The notes below the pieces were generated by a model that did no database searches, was not told the origin of the DNA, and worked only from the letters and a program-made list of their open reading frames with translations. Shown here in pieces: positions 58,012 through 64,000 of a DNA stretch of 64,000 nt; positions within the stretch are counted from its first letter, which is position 1; every line of letters begins with the position of its first letter. This DNA is from a virus, in the IMG/VR virus record IMGVR_UViG_3300033994_001756, positions 1 through 64,000 of that record; one strand, given 5' to 3'. The translations under genes were made by a program, and so were the position numbers.

Positions 58012-59697
58012 ATGACGCAACTATTTGGTTTCTCTATTGAAGACAGAAGGAAGAAACCAGCAAAGGCGTTTTCACCAGCGCCTCCTAATGATGATGATGG
58101 CACCTCAGTTGTAGCTGCAGGTGCCTATTTTGGTCAGTACCTAGACCTAGATGGTGTCGGTCAGCATAATAATGAATTTGAGCTGGTTAGAAAATATAGA
58201 GAAATTGCACTTCACCCAGAAATTGATAGCGCCATTGATGATATTATCAATGAAGCTATTAGTAGTGATTTGGATTATGCTCCGGTAGCAGTAGAGTTAT
58301 CTACTTTAGAGGCAAGTGATAAAATTAAAAAATCAATCAAAGAAGAATTTAGTAATATTTTAAGACTACTAAGCTTTGATAAAAAGTGTCATAATATTTT
58401 CCGTCGTTGGTATATTGATGGAAGATTATATTACCATAAAATTATTGACTTTGATAAGCCAAAGGAAGGCATCAAGGAATTAAGATATATTGATTCGCTT
58501 AAAATTAAAAGAGTTAGAGAAATTAAAAGGCAGAAGAATGTAGATTCTCTAACCACCATGGAAGGTCAAAAATATGACTATGGTGAGTTTATTGAATACT
58601 ACATTTATTTCCCACGAGGATATAAAGGTTCAGATGCTAATGGTATCAAAATTTCAAACGATGCCGTTACATACGTAACATCTGGACTGTTTGACCATAA
58701 CAGAAATATGGTTCTTAGCTATCTCTACAAAGCTATTAAGTCTGTAAACCAGCTAAGAATGATTGAAGATAGTCTCGTTATCTACAGACTATCTCGTGCT
58801 CCAGAACGTCGTATTTTCTATATTGATGTAGGCAATCTCCCAAAGATTAAAGCTGAGCAATACCTACGTGAAGTTATGGGTAGATATAGAAATAAAGTTG
58901 TATATGATTCTGCGACTGGTGAAATCAGAGATGATAGAAAGCATATGAGTATGCTTGAAGATTTCTGGCTACCTCGTCGTGAAGGTGGTCGTGGTACAGA
59001 AATTACCACACTTCCAGGTGGACAGAATCTCGGAGAACTTGAAGATGTCAAGTATTTCCAGAAGAAACTTTATAAGTCCCTAAATATTCCCCTCTCAAGA
59101 CTAGAGCAAGAAAGTTCATTTACCATTGGTAGAACTAACGAAATCACTAGAGATGAACTTAAGTTTGCTAAGTTTGTTGGTAGACTTCGTAAACGTTTCA
59201 GTGAACTATTCCATGATCTACTCAGAACTCAGTTAATTCTAAAAGGAATTATTACTACAGATGACTGGGAAGAAATGAAAGAATATATTCAGTATGATTA
59301 TATCTTTGATAATCATTTTACTGAACTTAAAAATACTGAACTTCTCAATGATCGCCTTAACATTGTCAATCAAGTAGAACCATACCTTGGTAAATATTTT
59401 TCTGTTGAATATGTTCGCAGACAAATTCTCAAGCAAACTGATGATGAGATTGAAGAAATTGATATGCAGATTGAGAAAGAAAAAGAACTTGGAATTATTC
59501 AAGATCCCAATGCAATGATGATGGATCAAGGCATGGGAGGTGGAGCACTACCTCCAGGCCAAGAGCAACCTATGCCAACTGATCAAGCAGCATCTGGTGA
59601 AGCTGGTCCTGCTGGAGGCGGAGCATCAGCTGGAGGACTTGATGCAGAATTTAAAAATTACATCTCTCCTTCGGATTACGGAAAAGGTAAATTTTAA
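58012..59697 (+). CDS. gp20: portal protein gp20
   Basis: RAPERRIFYIDVGN, EDFWLPRREGGRGTE. Confidence 0.97.
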   Translation: MTQLFGFSIEDRRKKPAKAFSPAPPNDDDGTSVVAAGAYFGQYLDLDGVGQHNNEFELVRKYREIALHPEIDSAIDDIINEAISSDLDYAPVAVELSTLEASDKIKKSIKEEFSNILRLLSFDKKCHNIFRRWYIDGRLYYHKIIDFDKPKEGIKELRYIDSLKIKRVREIKRQKNVDSLTTMEGQKYDYGEFIEYYIYFPRGYKGSDANGIKISNDAVTYVTSGLFDHNRNMVLSYLYKAIKSVNQLRMIEDSLVIYRLSRAPERRIFYIDVGNLPKIKAEQYLREVMGRYRNKVVYDSATGEIRDDRKHMSMLEDFWLPRREGGRGTEITTLPGGQNLGELEDVKYFQKKLYKSLNIPLSRLEQESSFTIGRTNEITRDELKFAKFVGRLRKRFSELFHDLLRTQLILKGIITTDDWEEMKEYIQYDYIFDNHFTELKNTELLNDRLNIVNQVEPYLGKYFSVEYVRRQILKQTDDEIEEIDMQIEKEKELGIIQDPNAMMMDQGMGGGALPPGQEQPMPTDQAASGEAGPAGGGASAGGLDAEFKNYISPSDYGKGKF

Positions 59698-59737
59698 TAA
59701 ATAGTTATTGTAATTTTTATACATTATTGAGGTTTTT

Positions 59738-59992
59738 ATGTCTTTGTCACAAGAAATTGTAGATAGCATTATTGCTAGAAACAATCTAAATGCAAATGAA
59801 AAAATTTACGATGCTCTATATGGAATAGCTTCTGAGAAAATCGGCATGAGACAAGTTGAGCTTGCTCAGAATATGTTTGCATCAGGAAACTATGAGGATG
59901 AAGATGATTATTATGAAGAAGGTGAATCTGTAGACGAATATGACGATGAGGATGACGACGACCAAGTACCAGAAGACGAGTACGAACAATGA
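59738..59992 (+). CDS. acidic prohead core protein (gp67/68 position)
   Basis: Between gp20 and gp21; late promoter AATAAATA 59696. Confidence 0.55.
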   Translation: MSLSQEIVDSIIARNNLNANEKIYDALYGIASEKIGMRQVELAQNMFASGNYEDEDDYYEEGESVDEYDDEDDDDQVPEDEYEQ

Positions 59993-60642
59993 AACTAATC
60001 ACAGAAACTATCGAAGATATTAGAGTTATCACCGAAGAACGAGGTGGTAAAAAGAACCTATATATTGAAGGAGTATTTCTTCAAGCGGAATTAAAAAACC
60101 GCAATGGCCGTATGTATCCAATGGAAACTCTCAATAGAGAAGTGGGTGCATATAATGAGAATTATGTTGCCAAGGGTCGTGCTCTCGGTGAACTTGGTCA
60201 TCCAGATAGTCCAACCATCAATCTAGATAGAGTATCTCATAAGATTGTTTCTCTTTGTGCAGAAGGGACTAATTTTATTGGTAAAGCTCAAATTCTAGAA
60301 ACCCCTATGGGTAAAATTGCTAAGTCTCTTCTTGAGTCTGGCGTTACACTCGGAGTTTCCTCAAGAGGCATTGGATCGATTGAGGAAAGAAACGGTGTTA
60401 ATGTAGTTAAAGATGACTTCATGTTATCTACTGCTGCCGATATCGTTGCAGATCCTTCTGCCCCAGATGCTTTCGTGCAAGGCATTATGGAAGGTAGAGA
60501 ATGGATTTGGAACAATGGAATGCTAGAAGAAAAAGTAATCAATAGCTATAGACGAGCAATTAATAACGCTTCTTCTAATAGTTTAACCGAAAGAAAACTA
60601 CAAGTTTTTGAAAGTTTTCTTCGTAATATCAAAATTTCATAA
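59989..60642 (+). CDS. gp21: prohead protease gp21
   Basis: NRNGRMY, ALGELGHP, GVSSRG.GS, DPSAPDA. Confidence 0.95.
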   Translation: MKLITETIEDIRVITEERGGKKNLYIEGVFLQAELKNRNGRMYPMETLNREVGAYNENYVAKGRALGELGHPDSPTINLDRVSHKIVSLCAEGTNFIGKAQILETPMGKIAKSLLESGVTLGVSSRGIGSIEERNGVNVVKDDFMLSTAADIVADPSAPDAFVQGIMEGREWIWNNGMLEEKVINSYRRAINNASSNSLTERKLQVFESFLRNIKIS

Positions 60643-60684
60643 ATAATAGTAGAAAATATCACATATTTCTAGAGGGTTTTTTCG

Positions 60685-61815
60685 ATGTCCAATGTATTAA
60701 ATACAGAATTTGACGAATTTCTAGAAGAAGGAAACGTTGTCACTGCTCACGCCAAACCAGGAGACCGTATGGAAAGATTACAACACAGCACTCCTGGCCA
60801 GGGTGCATCACCAGAAGAACTAGGTGGATCATCCACCACTAAACCAGAAGGTGATGAAATTGGTAAAAAGGCTTCTTCAAGAATGAGTAAGTCATCTTCT
60901 AAAGTAAATGCTGGTGCAAAGTCACCAGATGGTATGGCTCGTCTTCAAGGCTCAGCTCCTGGCCAATCAGGAATGAGAGAAGAAGAGGATCTAGATGATG
61001 AAGATCTACTTGCCGAAGGTGAGTGTGAGGATGATGAGTATAACAATAAAGAAGATGGGGAAAAGTCTTCTAAGAAGTCAAAGACTAAAATGAAGGCAGA
61101 AGAGATCGACATCGATGTAACCGATGATCTCAATGCTCTCTTCCACGGAGAAGAACTCTCCGAACACTTCATGCAAAAGGCTGCAACAATTTTTGAAGCT
61201 GCAGTCAAAGCTAAAGTAGTTGAAGAAGTTCAAAAGTTTGAGGCACTATACGAACAGCGTCTAATCGAGGAAATCGAAGAGATCGCTGAGTCCCTAGAGA
61301 CTCGTGTAGACGCTCACCTTGATTATGTTGCTGAGCAATGGATTGCCGAGAATCAGCTTTCCGTTGACAATGGCATCAAGACCGAGATTGCTGAAAATCT
61401 AATGCAAGGTCTTGCAAATCTCTTCCTAGAGAACAATATTGATCTCCCAGAAGAGCAACAAGATGTAGTTGCCGAAATGGCAGCTAGACTAGATGAGATG
61501 GAGGAAAAACTCAACGAACAGATTGAAGTCAATGTTGAGCTAAACCAAGAAATCGGATCCTATATTAAACATGGAATTATTGCAGAAGTATCCGAAGGTC
61601 TAGCAGAAACACAGAAAGAAAAACTGTTCAACCTTTCAGAAGGTGTTGAGTTTATTAGTGAAGAATCTTTCCGTGACAAGATTGAAACTATTAAGGAAAA
61701 CTATTTCCCAAGAGTTCAGTCCAATTATGTGGAAGACCTCGTTGAAAAGAATCAAGACTTCTATGAGGGACCAATGGCAGCATATGTAAATGCTGTTTCC
61801 AGATGGGCTCAGTGA
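60685..61815 (+). CDS. gp22: prohead scaffold gp22
   Basis: KAATIFEAAV, LDYVAEQW; acidic; late promoter CATAAATA 60638. Confidence 0.9.
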   Translation: MSNVLNTEFDEFLEEGNVVTAHAKPGDRMERLQHSTPGQGASPEELGGSSTTKPEGDEIGKKASSRMSKSSSKVNAGAKSPDGMARLQGSAPGQSGMREEEDLDDEDLLAEGECEDDEYNNKEDGEKSSKKSKTKMKAEEIDIDVTDDLNALFHGEELSEHFMQKAATIFEAAVKAKVVEEVQKFEALYEQRLIEEIEEIAESLETRVDAHLDYVAEQWIAENQLSVDNGIKTEIAENLMQGLANLFLENNIDLPEEQQDVVAEMAARLDEMEEKLNEQIEVNVELNQEIGSYIKHGIIAEVSEGLAETQKEKLFNLSEGVEFISEESFRDKIETIKENYFPRVQSNYVEDLVEKNQDFYEGPMAAYVNAVSRWAQ

Positions 61816-61828
61816 TAGTCTAGATTTT

Positions 61829-61836
61829 TATAAATA
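61829..61836 (+). promoter_or_regulatory. late promoter for gp23
   Basis: TATAAATA. Confidence 0.85.
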
Positions 61837-61884
61837 TTAATAGATTCCTAACAATAAATTTAACAACCAAGGAGTTTAACCCCG

Positions 61885-63276
61885 ATGTTTAATTCAGAAC
61901 AGCTACAAAGAAAATGGGCTCCTATCCTGGAGCATAACGATCTAAATCCAATTACAGATAGATATCGTAAGGCAGTAACCGCAGTTCTCCTTGAGAACCA
62001 AGAATCATTTCTCCGTGAAGAGCGTGGAGTTCTTTCAGAAGTTGCTGTTAACAGCACTGGTTCATTCACTGCAGGTGGTGCTGGTACAGGCGCACATGGC
62101 TTCTCAGGTGGCGCAGCCGCTGGCGGTCCTGTTGCTGGTTTCGATCCAGTTCTAATCAGCCTCATTCGCCGTTCAATGCCTAAGCTAATTGCTTATGACA
62201 TTTGCGGTGTTCAGCCAATGAGCGGTCCTACTGGACTAATCTTCGCAATGCGTGCTCATCGTGGTACTGACCGTAACGGTAACGGTGCTACTCCAAACGT
62301 ATTCGACAACGAGACCTTCTTCAACGAAGTTCCTTCTGGTTTCTCTGCTGCTGGTGGTGCATACTCTGCTGCAACTGGCGAAACTGCAACCAACCCAGGC
62401 GTACTAAACGCTGCTTCTCCTGGTGATTATGGTTACGTTGGTGGTATGAACACCAACGCTGCTGAAGCTCTAGGTGAGTCTGGTTCAGAGTTCCGTGAAA
62501 TGAGCTTCTCAATCGAGAAGGTAACTGTAACAGCAAAGAGCCGTGCTCTAAAAGCTGAGTACACCCTAGAACTAGCACAAGACCTCAAGGCTATTCATGG
62601 TCTTGATGCTGAGACTGAGCTTGCTAACATCCTAAGCTCAGAGATTCTAACTGAAATCAACCGTGAAGTTGTACGTACCATCTACGTAACCGCTAAGCCT
62701 GGTGCTCAGAACAACGTAGCTAACGCTGGTACTTTTGACCTCGACGTTGACTCCAATGGTCGTTGGTCAGTTGAGAAGTTCAAGGGTCTACTATTCCAGA
62801 TCGAGCGTGATGCAAACGCAATCGGTCATGAGACTCGTCGTGGAAAGGGCAACTTCATCGTCTGTTCAGCAGACGTTGCAAGTGCTCTAGCTGCAGCTAA
62901 GGTAATGGATTACACCCCACTACTCAATCCTAACGATACCCCAGACGACACCGTATCAACTCTAGCTGGTACAATCAATGGTCGTATCAAGGTTTATGTT
63001 GATCCTTATTCAGCAAACATCTCTAACGATCACTACTATGTGATGGGTTATAAGGGAACCAATGCATACGATGCAGGTCTCTTCTACTGCCCATACGTTC
63101 CTCTCCAAATGGTTCGTTCCATCGGTCAGGACACCTTCCAGCCTAAGATTGGCTTCAAGACCCGTTACGGCATGGTTGCAAACCCATTCGCAGGTGGTCT
63201 TACCCAGCGTTCTGGCGCTCTCCAAGCAAACGATAACGTTTACTACAGAAGAACCAGAGTTATCAACCTAATGTGA
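61885..63276 (+). CDS. gp23: major capsid protein gp23
   Basis: GVQPMSGPTGLIFAMR, SRALKAEYTLELAQDL, FQPKIGFKTRYG. Confidence 0.98.
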   Translation: MFNSEQLQRKWAPILEHNDLNPITDRYRKAVTAVLLENQESFLREERGVLSEVAVNSTGSFTAGGAGTGAHGFSGGAAAGGPVAGFDPVLISLIRRSMPKLIAYDICGVQPMSGPTGLIFAMRAHRGTDRNGNGATPNVFDNETFFNEVPSGFSAAGGAYSAATGETATNPGVLNAASPGDYGYVGGMNTNAAEALGESGSEFREMSFSIEKVTVTAKSRALKAEYTLELAQDLKAIHGLDAETELANILSSEILTEINREVVRTIYVTAKPGAQNNVANAGTFDLDVDSNGRWSVEKFKGLLFQIERDANAIGHETRRGKGNFIVCSADVASALAAAKVMDYTPLLNPNDTPDDTVSTLAGTINGRIKVYVDPYSANISNDHYYVMGYKGTNAYDAGLFYCPYVPLQMVRSIGQDTFQPKIGFKTRYGMVANPFAGGLTQRSGALQANDNVYYRRTRVINLM

Positions 63277-63297
63277 GTTATAGTTCACATACTTCAG

Positions 63298-63322
63298 GAG
63301 CCCCGAAAGGGGCTCTTTTTTT
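63298..63322 (+). terminator. rho-independent terminator
   Basis: GAGCCCC-gaaa-GGGGCTC-TTTTTTT. Confidence 0.9.
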
Positions 63323-63344
63323 ATCTAAATAAAAATAAAAAGAT

Positions 63345-63881
63345 ATGTCAGCTAATTTTATAGCCAATTCTGCATGTCCAGCTAATTTTTTAACAGGTAT
63401 TGGTTTTCAATTTCAACTAATTAAATATCCAAAAGTATCTTTCTTTTGTCAGTCTGCAACTGTTCCTGGAATATCACTTTCTGTTGCAACCCAATCAACT
63501 AGATTTAATGCTATTCCTCATCCTGGAGATGAAATATCTTTTGATGATTTAAATATTCAATTTATAGTTGATGAAAATATGACCAACTATATTACTATGC
63601 ATAATTGGGTTAGAAAATTAGGTCATCCTTATTCTGGTGGAGATATTGCAGAACTTCCAGGAGACGATTTAGAAGATAAAACTTATAGTGATGGGGTATT
63701 GTTTGTTTTAGATTCTAACTTCAGAAAGAAATTTAAAATTGTATTTAAAGATTTGTTTCCAACTAACATTGGGGGATTGACATTCCAATCTACCGCTACT
63801 GATGTCCAATATTTTACAGTTGATGTCGGGTTCAAGTATACTATATACGATATCTACAACATTAATGACAAGAAACTATGA
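63345..63881 (+). CDS. gp3: tail tube terminator/completion protein gp3
   Basis: NFL...GF.F...P...FFCQ....PG, FIVDE...NY, F.DLFP. Confidence 0.85.
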   Translation: MSANFIANSACPANFLTGIGFQFQLIKYPKVSFFCQSATVPGISLSVATQSTRFNAIPHPGDEISFDDLNIQFIVDENMTNYITMHNWVRKLGHPYSGGDIAELPGDDLEDKTYSDGVLFVLDSNFRKKFKIVFKDLFPTNIGGLTFQSTATDVQYFTVDVGFKYTIYDIYNINDKKL

Positions 63882-64000
63882 TTGATATTGACTTTATTAA
63901 AGATCACTGGGCTCAAGATTCCAAGATGGATGAAGACCTACTTGATCATGAATCTATTAAAATTCCACAACTTCATAGCAAGTATTTAAACTGGCTGTCT
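63878..64000 (+). CDS. uvsY: recombination mediator UvsY (partial)
   Basis: W..DS..D...L..ES.KIPQLHSKY; synteny after gp3. Confidence 0.8.
   Translation, partial: MIDIDFIKDHWAQDSKMDEDLLDHESIKIPQLHSKYLNWLS

Noticed and set aside
1-64000. tRNA, rRNA, introns or inteins
   Set aside because: None recognised by eye; gp17, gp20 and gp23 are uninterrupted. tRNAscan was not run.

Overview
A 64-kb segment of a T4-like cyanomyovirus, probably freshwater; host inferred to be a picocyanobacterium. There are three zones. (1) About 1-14.8 kb is a + strand block of small accessory genes. It includes an RNA-repair cluster (Rnl1 ligase, split polynucleotide kinase and phosphatase, a deaminase), a complete Bsp6I-like (GCNGC) type II restriction-modification pair, an SF2 helicase, a metallophosphoesterase and an HNH/AP2 endonuclease. 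(2) About 14.8-21.9 kb is an island of single-gene cassettes, strongly GC-rich from about 17 kb. Each cassette is separated by a repeated intergenic module: a box overlapping the upstream stop codon, a GC hairpin over the -35 position, a sigma70 -10 and a C/A-rich leader. This cassette array, its several box families and its antisense promoters are the most unusual feature. (3) About 22-64 kb holds T4 internal-protein-like genes and the late structural module (gp5.4, gp25, gp6, gp7, gp8, VrlC-like, gp13-gp23, gp3, start of uvsY) with T4 late promoters and a small NblA-like ORF missed by the ORF track. Family calls come from recognised motifs and recalled sequences; no searches were run.
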